In this document: positions 34,835-47,500 of the stretch, in pieces
Layout: each line of letters opens with the position of its first letter
Position numbering within the stretch: the stretch's first letter is position 1
NCBI GenBank assembly: GCA_002633005.1
Contig: NMRA01000691.1
Coordinates: 124,001-188,000 of the forward strand
Source: Phoronis australis
Lineage: Eukaryota; Animalia; Phoronida
Direction: 5' to 3'
DNA length: 64,000 nucleotides
Made by a program: the position numbers and the translations under genes
The notes under the pieces: generated by a model
Seen by the model: the letters and a program-made list of their open reading frames with translations, nothing else
The model's database searches: none
Told to the model about the DNA's origin: nothing

Positions 34835-35345
34835 TTAACCATCGATTGAGGTCTTTCATTTTTTCTGACCCCAATCGAAGGACGTCATGTAGCTGGTAAG
34901 TATGCGCATCATGTAGAGACAAGACTGTGAACCTCTCCAGTCTTACGAGGCATCTGTGTCACTGTGTACTAGTACTGGAGTACACGTACCTTCGTAATGC
35001 TGTTCCATGGAGTTATGTTGTAACAGATCGAAATAAGTTCGGTTCTTAGGGTATATACATCTTGTTCCTTTTGATATCATTATCACAGCCATCTTTCTAA
35101 AATATCAAAATACTTTCACCTGTATTAGCCTCCAAATGTTTTCACAATATGTGCATTTTAAGTGTATCAGAATTTATGCACTGGTTGGATAAAGTGCCAC
35201 AGTGGACCCTGACTTAGAGAACCAGACAATCTCCGAATGGTCGAAACTGGTCCTCTCGGTCAGGGTACATTATAAATCAAACCAGTGCTCAGAAAATCTT
35301 CACAATCCCCGACATTATCTGCATGGAATCTTTCCTTTCCAGTGA

Positions 35346-35565
35346 ATGTATAGACAGCATCTGAAGGCTATGGAAAACGAGCAGTTGGTTTCCAGGGTGA
35401 CGGGACTCCCTGTAGTGAGCAGTGCGTGGGAACAGGTGTCAGCACTGTACTCAAAGACTAAGGACTACAATAGTCTGACAAGATTGACCTGCCAGTTGGC
35501 CGAGTCAGGGGCTAATTTGGCAGTGATCGGTTCAAAACCAGTGGTGGGATTGTTTGAACCCCAGT
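35346..35565 (+). CDS. Perilipin coding exon 1
   Basis: Acceptor tttcctttccag ending 35342; MENEQLVSRVTGLPVV...FEPQ|gtaagt. Confidence 0.88.
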
Positions 35566-38500
35566 GTAAGTTGGGTGGTTCGAAGTTACAGTCTGGTGCT
35601 TAATGGTGCTTAATGGTGCTTAATGGTGCTTTGTTAATAAGTAAAAACGAAAAGTTTACATGGGAAAGAGAGGAATCTTATGGCGACCTCCATTAAAAAA
35701 TGTGTAACGTATCAAAACCTTTTAATAATAAAAATCCTATGTCTTCTTGGAAAGGAAACAATTTTTCTTCTCTGTCTTAAATTACCTTTCATGTAGAGTT
35801 AAATCATTGTCCAGCCTGGAGAAGCCAGATTTCAAATCTCCCTGATAATGCGTCCGTTCTCTTTCCAGTGAGCTATGTCAATGACTATGGTCTCAAGAAA
35901 CTAGAGGCTATCACAGATGCTTACCCCATCATTACCAAACCAACTGAAGAGGTAAGAAATTGAGCACTGATTTGTCAACATGGGTAACTAAGTGTTGATT
36001 GTATTAGCATAGATATTCGCATTGTAAACAGTGGTAGCCTGTTGGTATAGTGCAGTAAGTTGTTTTCTTCTGGTGTCATGATGCTTGCATTGTAACTTTA
36101 CAATTTTTCTGGGAACTTACCTTTAGAGAAGTTCATGTGTTTTATCAAAAATCCCGTGGGCCATGTCAAAACTAAAAGCTCAAATTATGTAGTCACATTA
36201 CTGCAAATGATTAGGGTAATTTTATTTTGTGTTATTTTTTAAAATACATTTATTTCCTGTCAAAAAGCTGTATAAGTTTTAAGGGCTGTTCCAGCAAAAT
36301 CTGTGTGGGAGGGGGGGAAGGCAACTGAAATAAAAATTTATGGGTGGTTGCGTTTGATTTAAATTCAAAATGGCTGGTGGTTGTACTTCAAAAAAATAAA
36401 AATTTACAGGTCGTTGTTGTTTCATTGGGCCATAAATGTTTGATGGTGGGTAATTTTAGTAAATCTNAGCTATGTCAATGACTATGGTCTCAAGAAACTA
36501 GAGGCTATCACAGATGCTTACCCCATCATTACCAAACCAACTGAAGAGGTAAGAAATTGAGCACTGATTTGTCAACATGGGTAACAAAGTGTTGATTGTA
36601 TTAGCATAGATATTCGCATTGTAAACAGTGGTAGCCTGTTGGTATAGTGCAGTAAGTTGTTTTCTTCTGGTGTCATGATGCTTACATTGTAACTTTACAA
36701 TTTTTCTGGGAACTTACTTTTAGAGAAGTTCATGTGTTTTATCAAAAATCCTGTGGGCCATGTCAAAACTAAAAGCTCAAATTATGTAGTCACATTACTG
36801 CAAATGATTAGGGTAATTTTATTTCGTGTTATTTTTAAAATACATTTATTTCCTGTCAAAAAGCTGTATAAGTTTTAATTACTTCATTGCTTTTGTGGGC
36901 AATTTAACCCAGTTTAAAACCAGATGGTGCAGTGCACCAGGTGGGGCAAGCACGCCATCCATCATGTTCACCATGGCACATCGAGGAGTTATTAATCTTT
37001 GGTCGTAAGCATTGATATGTTGTTGTCTGGAGACGTGGACATCAATGTACAAAGTCCAGTCACATACTTCACACCGTTGACTGTGGTGACAACTCCTGTG
37101 ATTGTTAGACTGAGGTGTGAACCCCTGACACAACACTTTATCTGTTTTGAGATAATCCTGTGCCACTTCCCTAGTGATAGATCTTGTACAGTTTGAACAG
37201 TGACTCATGGTGTTTTTGTGACATGCTGTCTGGTCAAAGACCTGGAGGTATGACTGACAGCATTATCAGTGCAGGGTTATACCCAGTTTTCAAAACCCCG
37301 CTCGCCAGCTGGGTGAGTGAGACAGAAAATGTACTTTCACAGCCAAAAGTTAGTTGTTCGGCCTTAAGCTTGCTGCCAACCTCAATAAAAAATGATTATT
37401 TTGTGCGCTGATGTCACCATCTATTAGAGCTAGTATCATTTTTACAAAATGCAGAATTCCTACCGAGAAACTTTTGATGTTGATGAATTCCCTCCAAGCA
37501 CAAGATGTAGCCTTGACGCAAAGCTGTATACCATTATTGACCATTGTTCTACTGCTAAAATTGTAGCACGATCTTTACATCGGCTTTCGGTGCCATGATA
37601 TATTGCGTAACCTATTGGCCAGTTACTTTTTTCGCTGGTTCTTCAATCAACAGTTGCTCTTTCACGAGGTTGTCTACATGTCACAACAAATTATCGCAAT
37701 TGGTTTCACTTCATTACAAGTTTCTAGTATTTTAGTACCAGCAAACCGAATTTCAGAACAAATTAGCTAATGTGAAGCTGTCATCATCTGAGAGATGTCG
37801 TAAAACTTTAGGGATAGCGCATCACGAGTGTACTGTTTTCAAAACGACGACATACATTTCTGTTACACAAGGCGGAGACTTGCGCTAGAAAATGATGGTT
37901 ATTAGATTATTTTTAACTTAAACAGCTATATCGGGCAAGGTGAGTGTCGGTTGACTCCCAGATTTTGCATAAACCCCCGCCAGTCTTTAGCTCCACATGT
38001 TGATACAAGTTTTATGGCGAGTTGATGAGCAGAAGTACCCGGGCTGTGTGGAATTTCGAGGTCTGTCGGAGCTCAACACACAGTGGTACCTTGCTGTATT
38101 TTGACAATAGCCTTCATACAGCTAACTGGCTGGCTACGCAAAACGATACGTCGTCCAACAGATTAACTTCATTTTAATTAAAATGGCATGTCATCCTCTG
38201 TGTCTTGAAGTCAGGGCCGCCCTTTCTGCCTATCAGATTTAAAGTCACACCTTCTCTTGTTTTCCTGATAATCTGGGTGATATTTTCTTTTCCGTCGCAG
38301 TTTGCTTGAAGGAGGGCTCTGAATAATGCGACATTCTTGTCAAATAAAAATGAGATCACCTGAGACAATATCATTGGTGCCAGTGGAGGACAAGTCAACG
38401 AGCGTATTATGAGTCTGCTCTCTAATTGTGCCGTTACTTCGGCACCTCTCGATGAATCTGTCTGAAATTTGGTAATACTATGTGGATAGATTGTTTCAAG

Positions 38501-41500
38501 CGCTATCAATGGAATTTCAGTGGTTTTTCATTTACTCCCCATTGGTACAATGGGCGTTGGGGGTTGTTAATGTTCTTGGTTTGGTTGTTGATCTCTCCTT
38601 TGAATTTTCATTTAATTTCATCAACTGTCACTCCACACAATGCTTTCAGTTGGGGTACTGGTGTCACGGTTGTGGCAGATTTTGCATGTCATGTTTTATT
38701 GTTTATTTCAGGTGGTAGAGGAAACTAAAGCCTATGTAGAAAAGGCTGTCAGACCTACTTATGACCTTGTGGTGGCACCTGTGAATTTCACTGTGGACAA
38801 AGTCAACTCGGTGAAGAATTATGGCATCGAGAAGGTGAGGCATCTTTATGTTAACTCTGACTTGTTTCTGAGCTACTACACAATTATGCTGTCAAACATA
38901 GGTGTTTATGCGACTTCTATCATGTATTATATTGTTACTCTGTTCCTGCTCTTCAACTACACGGTCGAAAAAGAAACACTAACTAGGTGTGATTCATCTG
39001 GCGTCCGTCTGTCTGGCGTCCATCCGTCTGGTGTCCGTCTGTCTGGCGTCCATCCGGTGTGCATTGCTCTATCTTCAAAACATCATGAAATTTTGCACAT
39101 GCTCCTTTCATTGATGGGACGGCATGAGCAAACTTTCAGACAGATTCGACTACCGGTGTGCTCCCTAATGGCAATTTTAGTTTTTATGTTTACCTCTGTG
39201 TACCCGAAGGTACTCAATGGATTTTCATAAAATTCGGAAATAGGCATCTATTAGTGAGGTGATGGTATCCTTCCATTTACAGGTGGATTTGGGGTATTTT
39301 GCGCCACCTAGTGACCATATTTAACATTTTTGAGTTTTTTGGCATCCGCCCCTCTATGAACCAAACTGCTCTAAGGATGATTGTGCAAATTTGCATAGAT
39401 GCTTGAACTATGAAGAGGATGGTTGACTTTGTTTTTCTGACGACTTCGTGTACTGTGCTGCCTCCTAGTGACTGTTTAGTTTCATTTTGCACCCATGGCT
39501 GTATCTCCTAAACCTTGTGCAGGATCTTTACTAAATTTAGCAAGTGTATTTATATGAAGTCGACAATGGAAATGACGACTTTCTGATGGATCTGACTGCT
39601 GGTGTGCCCCCAAGTGGAAATTTTATTTTTTTATGTTTACCTGTGTATCAATGCATTTTCATAAAATTTGGAGTATGGGCATCTATTAGTGAAGTGACGT
39701 TTTCAGATGGATTCAATGTATTTTGCACAACCTGGTGGCCATTTTTGCTTTTTTGAGTCTGTTTTTTGGTGTTAGACCCTCTGTCAACCAAACCACTTTA
39801 AGGATGATTTTGAAAATTGGCGTATATATTCTCAGTATGAAGAGGATGATTGACAATGACGACTTTAGCTACTGTGGTGCCTCCCAGTGTCAGTTTTGTT
39901 TTGTTTTGTGTCCGTAGCTGTATCTCTTAAACCTATTGCAGAATCTTTATTAAATTTAGTGAGTGTGTTTATATGATGTTAACAACTGACGATGACAACT
40001 TTTAGAGGGATCCAAGAACTACTCTGTCCCCTAGCGGCAATTTCATTTTTTCCGTTTTCCTTTGTTTCTCTGAAGATCCTCGACAGATTTTTCTGAAATT
40101 TTTTTAAATAGCTCCCTATTCAAGAAACAATGGCGTCTTGCCAGTTTCAGATAGATTCATTGATTTTACATCCTTTTTGTGATACAACTAAACAACCTTA
40201 GAAGCACACCGTTTGTAGCGCATTTGTGGTTGCATTTCAACGCTCTGCATTACTCTTGTTTGTCATTCGATTAGAGTTTTTAAAATGATAGCAAATTGTT
40301 TGTTGTCCGGCCTAGTGAAACACATCCTGGGTGGTATTGACTGATTTTCCATTATTAATTTTGTGAAAGTTGAATACAGTACTTTGCCGTCACAAAGTGT
40401 TCTTAACGTAGGTGACTGCCGTTAAGTCTGGGGTCACGTCTCGTGTTGAAGAGGTCAAGTCTGGCGCGAAGCGTACTGTAAACTTTATGAAGGACTTTGG
40501 CTGTAACACCGTGCAGGAGGTACTAGAGACCAGCTATGGCAAGGCTTTGAAGACTAGAGTTCAGGACTCTATCTGCACTGCTGAGACTCTGGTTGATACC
40601 TACCTTCCTGAAGAGGAAAAAGGTGAGATGGTCAATATAGTTACCGCCAGTCTCTAGCGCACTTGTTATGGGAGGATTCTAAAATGATTAGATGCTATAG
40701 TGAGTGCGTTTCCCTTGCTTGACCCTTTGCTTAAAGACCAACTCACCAAATGCGACTTGACAGAGATACAAAGATCTCAAGTTGGCACATTAAAACTGAG
40801 GTCACTAAAACCATAACCGGGATCGGAAGTTGTCAACCAAAAAAATTAACATGCTGCTGTCACCATTATTGAAACTTACACACATCTCTTCCATTTCTCT
40901 ACTACATATAATATACACCATTCACTGTGTCTTGCTGTATACTTTACCCTTACGCAACACATTGCCGCGTCACACGATCCAAGGTTGCCATTTTTTGTGA
41001 CAGGTGTGGTCATGTTTTGCACAGGACTGGACCGGGAGCTTGTTATGCACATGTGTAGTGTTAAGACGAAATTATTTTTTCATCATTACATTAAATATGC
41101 CGGAGTTGCTTTGCTTTGCTTTGCTTTGCTTTGCTATCATACTATACCTCAAGTTTCGTTCTTAAATCTCAAGTTTTGCTCTCCATATTGCCCATTCCAT
41201 GTAATACAATTTGATAGTACAGTAACGTTCCTTCCCTTCCTCCTAATCACCAAGTACAGCCACAGAAGCACATGTATGCGATTTCATTAATTGTTTTGAT
41301 CACGTCAAGACTGACAAAGCAGTACAGCACTGATGAACTGGTTAGTGGTACAGTTGAATACAGACAAAATAACAGTGGTTGTAATCAATTGGGAATCGGC
41401 TAAACTGCGTCAGTAATGTAGGGGTTCGATTTGTACCATGGTTTTTCTTAGGTCTGTGAAAATAACTTGCTCTCCTCTGTTGCTGCTTGTTGCTTCTAGT

Positions 41501-44500
41501 GCCTCTGGTCTTTTGCAGACGAGACTAAAGCTGCCTCAGTCGAGAAGGCTGTGTCTGCCGACACTAACATGGTAGTCCGTGTGGGAACTTTGGGTAATAA
41601 AGTTCGCCGCCGCATGTACGATCGCGCCATGAGAGAGGTCACCCGTCTTCAGCTGAGGAGTAAAGAGGCATTGGACAACCTAAACTACAGTGTGGACCTG
41701 GTGAGTAGGAAGGCATTGGATTATAATGATTTTTATGCGGCCACATATTTATATGTGGACGCATTATGCCGTCATCTCCATACGTTGATGAAATTTGGCA
41801 CATATGTTCCATTCATGAATGGGACGGCATGAGCACACTTTCCGACAGATCTTATTGAAATTTGGCAGGTGTGTTCCTATGAGGTTGATGACAGAGGGCG
41901 ACGAGTTTCAAACCGACTCAAATATCGCTGTAACCCCCGGTGACAATTTTAGTTTTTATGCGCCCACATATTTATATGTGGACGCATTATGCCGTCATCT
42001 CTGTCCGTCCGGGCGGCGTCCGTCCGGTGTCCGGCGTCCGCTGCTCTATCTCCAAAACCCTTTGACATACGTTCGTGAAATTTGCCGCATATGTTCCATT
42101 CATGAATGGGACGGCATGTGCGAACTTTCGGACGGATCCGACTACCGGTGTGCCCCCTAGTGGCAATTTTAGTTTTTTACGCTTACCTTTGTATCTTCAA
42201 AAGTCCTGAACGGATTTTCATGAAATTTGGTATGTAGCCACCTATTAGTGAGATGACGCTATCCTGCCGTTTTCAGATGGATTCGACATAGTTTGTGCCA
42301 CCTAGTGGCCATTTTTAGTGTTTTCGAGTGCGTCCACCCCTCTATCAACCAAACCGCTCAAAGGATGATTGTGAAAATTGGCATGTATATGCTTACTATG
42401 TAGAGGACGGTTGACGATGATTTTCCGACGATTTCGACCACTTTGGCGCCTCCTAGTGGCAGTTTTGTTTTTTGCGCCTATGGCTGTATCTCCTAAACTG
42501 TTCGTAGGATCTTTACGAAATTGTGTAAGTATATTTATATGATGTTAACAATAGGAGATGACGACTTTTGGACGGATCCGACTACCGGTGTGCCCCCTAG
42601 TGGCAATTTTAATTTTTTTACGCTTACCTTTGTATTTTCAAAAGTCCTGAACGGATTTTCATGAAATTTGGTATGTAGGCACCTATTAGTGAGATGACGC
42701 TATCCTCCCGTTTTCAGATGGATTCAACATAGTTTGCGCAACCTAGTGGCCATTTTTAGTGTTTTCGAGTCTGTTTTTGTGCGTCCACCCCTCTATCAAC
42801 CAAACTGCTCAACGGATGATTGTAAAAATTGGCGTGTATGTGCTTACTATAAGGAAGACAGCTGACAATGATTTTCAGACGATTTGGACTACTGTGGCGC
42901 CTCCTAGTGGCAGTTTTTTTTTGCGCCTAAGGCTGTATCTCCTAAACCGTTTGCAGGATCTTTATGAAATTTAATAAGTGTATTTATATTATGTTAAGAA
43001 CAGACGATGAAGAATTTTGGACGGATCCGCCTACCGGTGTGCCCCCTAGTGGCAATTTTAATTTTTTACGTTTACCTCCGTATCTTCACAAGTTCTTAAC
43101 GGATTTTCATGAAATTTGGTATGTAGGCACCTATTAGTGCGATGACGCTATCCTGCCGTTTTCGGATGGATTCGACCTAGTTTGCGACACCCAGTGGCCA
43201 TTTTTACTGTTTTTTGGCGTCCACCCCTCTATCAACCAAACCGCTATAAGTATGATTGTGAAAATTGGCATGTATGTTCTTACTATGAAGAGGACGGTTG
43301 ACGCTGAATTTCCCATGACTTTGATTACTGTGGCGCCTCGTAGTGGCAGTTTTTTTTGCGCCCATGGCTGTATCTCCCAAACCGTTTGCAGGATCTTTAC
43401 TAAATTTAGCAAGTGTATTTATTTGATGTTGACAACGGACGATGACGACTTTAGGATGATTCTGACAACCGGTATGCCTCTAGTGGCAATTTNCCCCCTA
43501 CTGGCCACTTTATGGTACCAATAAACAACCCTAGAAGGATACCGTATGCGGTGCAATTGTGGGTGCATTTCAACGCTCTGCGTTGCTCTTGTTTACGTTT
43601 GCGTCTGTATCTTGAAAGGTCCTCAAGCGATTTTCATGAAATTTGGCACATAGGCATCTATTAATGAGGTGACGCTATCTTTTCGTTTTTGGATGGATTC
43701 GAGGTATTTTGCACTGAATTTAGCAAGTGTGTTTATATGATGTTGACTATGGACCACGACGACTTTCGGACAGATCTGACTACTGCTGTGCCCCCTAGTG
43801 GCAATTTTAGTTTTTTACATTTAACTCCGTTTCTTCAAAGGTCCTCAACAGATTTTCATAAAATTTAAATAGAGGCATCTATTGGTGTGATGATGGTATC
43901 TTCCTATTTTTGGATGGAATCGAGGTATTTTGCACCACCTAGTGGCTATTTTTGCTGTTTTCAAACTTGTTTTTGGTGTCCACCCCTGTATCAACCAAAA
44001 CATTTGAAAATTGGCATATATGTTCTCAGTTTGAAGATGACCTTTGTTGATGGTGAGTGACTACTGTGGCGCCTCCTAATGGTAGTTTTGTTTTGCGCCC
44101 ATGGTTGTATCTCCTGAACCCACTGCAGGATCTTTACAGTAAGTGTATTTATATGAAGATAACAACAGACAACGACTTTTAGGCGGATCCAACGGACACT
44201 GTGCCCACTAGTGGCAATTTCATTTTATTCTGTTTTCCTTTGTTTCTCTGAAGGTCCTTGACAGATTTTTATGAAATATGGCATGTTTCTGTTTTTGGAT
44301 GGATTGTATGTTTTTGCACCATCTAGTGGCTATTTTTATGATACAAATAAATAACCCTAAAAGCACACCATTTGCAATACATTCGTGGACGCATTTCAAC
44401 GCTCTTGTTAAGGTGTTGTAGTTCCCTATAAATTCAGTGTTTTTCAAAGATAATTCCAAGCTTTTACTTGCCATTAACAATATGAAAAGTGTGTGTGGAA

Positions 44501-47500
44501 CTATGCAATATATATGTATATCTATGTTTAAAGTGAGTACATAAATCTGGTATCACAATTGACTTGTGATTTCTTATGTACTTTAATTCTTTCAAATCCT
44601 GTTAATGTTACTTAAAATATGGTTTTGTTTTTAACATTCAATTACTCCTTATTGTTTTTTTCTACATTCTTCTCTGATTTGGAACAGTGGCTGATCAGAT
44701 TCATTTGAAACTCACAAGAAGCTCCACTAACAATCCTGTTCTGTTTTCACTTCAGATGAAGTACGCCCATGAGCACTTTGACTCTGCCAAGAATAAAATG
44801 AGTGATAACTATGAGGCTGCCAGAGACAAGATGGCTGACATCTGGGACCAAGTGAAACGTGATGAGGATGAGAAAGAAGAGGAGACTGAGAAAGATTTCA
44901 AAGAACTGGTGCGTGTGCCTCTATTTTGGGATGTTATCAAGTTATTTCTTGGAATCTTATGTTAATTATTGGGATCTTATCGATGTTATTGATTGAGGTC
45001 CTATAATATTGTTTATTGGTTATCTATGATGTTATTTATTACTAGGCTCTTGCAATGTGAATTAATGGGATCATATGATACATGTTATTTACAGGCATCA
45101 TAAGTTATTCAATGGGGTCTTGTATTGTTATTTATTGGGATCTTAAATGTGATTAACTGGCATTTTAGCCTGGTTTACCATATTTGGATGTGAACTCTCA
45201 ACATTATTAAATCTATGCTCCCTTATCAGAATAAAACTAATGGAGAATTACAAATGTGATTGTCTGCCCTTCTTAGCTTTGCCTTTATAAATATAACACA
45301 TTGTCCTTAGACCCTAGAGCGACGCACCATTCTCGCAGCACGCTTCCTCACATCTCGTCTCAAGCAGAGCATGTCCATGCTCTCCGCATTGCCCGACCGT
45401 GTCCTGCCCACCACAATGAAGGTCAAAGTTCAGGAGATGAAGCAGTATACTGAGGAATGGCTCAAGGCTTTCACTGAGGTAGCCATTTGCTGGCAGCTGC
45501 TGGAGCTTGTTTCTCTCGAAAATTTGATTTTGGAGTCAGAGCATAAAATACAAAACCAGTCTTCTTAAAGAATTTGATAGATAGATGTTTATATAGTATT
45601 GATTGGCACTAAAACATTTCTAGTAACGAACAAGTAATAGCTTTTAATAAATAATAGGGTGATGAAGTTGACTTTCCACTTGAGGACTAGCATAGTGAGG
45701 CTTGTTCAAAAGTTAATCTCTAGTCTAAATCTTAGTTTGATTATTAATTTGTTATCAATAATATTGTTCAGTAAGTTTCTAATATAATGATGCCCTTGTT
45801 GTTTTGAAACTACAAATTAAAACATGTCCCTCTGATCTAATTAAGTTTTGCCTTGATAAGTGGCAGTAATAAATTGAGCTGAATCGTGTCTCACTATGCC
45901 AGTGTGCTTGAGGTTGATCTCCAGCCGGAGATCTATGGAATAGTGACAAGATTAATAGAAAAATTTTGCATGAATCAACTTGTTTTGGATCACCAGTGCT
46001 TCACAGAAATTTCCCGTTACCTTGCATCACCTGAGTAGGATTTCTTACGTGATGGACATTTCAGGCCCACAGCGTACTTGACATCCCTGCCATTGCACTC
46101 GATCAAGTCAAGACCCAGATCGCCCGTGTTCAGGAGATGATGTTGGACATGACCGACTACATCCTGGCTACACCCGCTCTCAGCTGGCTGGTGAGTAGAG
46201 AGTGACACCTTTGGCCAGCGCACATACTATCATAAGCCCATAGCCAAGTAAAACTGTCAATTACAACTCTGCATGGAAAATGTTGTGGACATGTCACTTT
46301 CCTGGACTTGATATTGCTTGTGATCGGTATGTTTTGCAAGTTTAAAGCACCTTGTGCTAGCCCAAAGTATTACCTGTTTATGTGATCTACTTTATGGTTC
46401 AGATGTGCCATCAATGTAGAGTAATGTTTTACTTGGCTTCCATTTTGTTTGACTCTTGACCTGTTCACTTAAGGAGTTGTGTGTCTAGCCAGAACCAGGT
46501 ACCAACAGTACTCGGTGACTTGTTCCAACCACCTGTGTGCATCACGTGTGTGAAAGCACCGTCCAAACTGTTTATTCCATGCAAAGCACATCTTTTATTT
46601 ACACTTTCTCCTCGATTGCACAGTGAAATGAGTGAATTCAATTACTAATTTTGAGTGGCACCCCCGAGGTCTTGAAAACGGGTGAGATTTTCTCAGGCTA
46701 AGTTTAAATTATGTTTAGTTACTTTATCTTATTCTTCACTGATTCAACATGCACATATGGATGATTTCATGTTTACCAGGTGTTAATAATGATAGGTTCA
46801 TTTTTTATCCTCAAGTTTTTACCTTATTTCTGCTTAGGAATAAAGAACGAGAACTCATTTTTGTGGAATTGAATAAAATGCAATGTATAGTCAACGTGCT
46901 GTGCTGCAGTTGTGCACTAGTCTAGTGTTGCTTTTTCAATCAAAATCAACATTACTCGCCAGAACAAGTGATGCATCACTTTCTTGAAACAACATTTCTT
47001 GCATACGACAAAAAATCGCGTTCCAAACCAATAGCCGTCGGCTTAAGGAGACGAACACTTCTTCGGAAAATTGCTTTGACTAACCTGTCGGCGGTTGTGC
47101 AAGGTATGTTATGGTTAAGTTGACAGCCGTGTAACATAGCTTCTGATAGCAATCTTCTGCGTCGAGCTATCTTTCAGCTCTTACTTTGCAATGTTTCCTT
47201 TCTCTCTGCACTTTGCAATGTTTCCTTTCCGCTCTGCTCTCATGTTCTGTACGAATGTTGCATGTTTGCTCAAGTTAATTATGTATTCATATTTTCTTTG
47301 GTCACGACTTCACTAATGATTTCATCAGGGTCATCAAAGTCGTGCTCACTGATTCATATTCCTCCAGATGGCGCACTGGTTGCAACAAACCGCGTTACAT
47401 ATTGATACCGTACTTCAAATTACTCATGGGTGTGAAGGCATTTGAGGTTATGTAGTATGGTAGGAATTGTTTTTAAAATGTTCCACTTTTCCACAAGTTA

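Noticed and set aside
36468-36548. Tandem duplicate of perilipin exon 2 as a mutually exclusive exon
   Set aside because: Begins exactly at an N, has no acceptor and is nearly identical including intron sequence; best explained as haplotype overlap.
38283-38475. Strong acceptor ttttcttttccgtcgcag suggesting an extra perilipin exon
   Set aside because: The phase-0 frame has a stop within three codons, and the protein is continuous without it.
41819-43524. Recurrent ORFs such as MIVKIG.YVLT... and ...CSIHEWDGMCELSDGSDYRCAP
   Set aside because: Translations of non-coding HINE repeats; frames are not preserved between copies.
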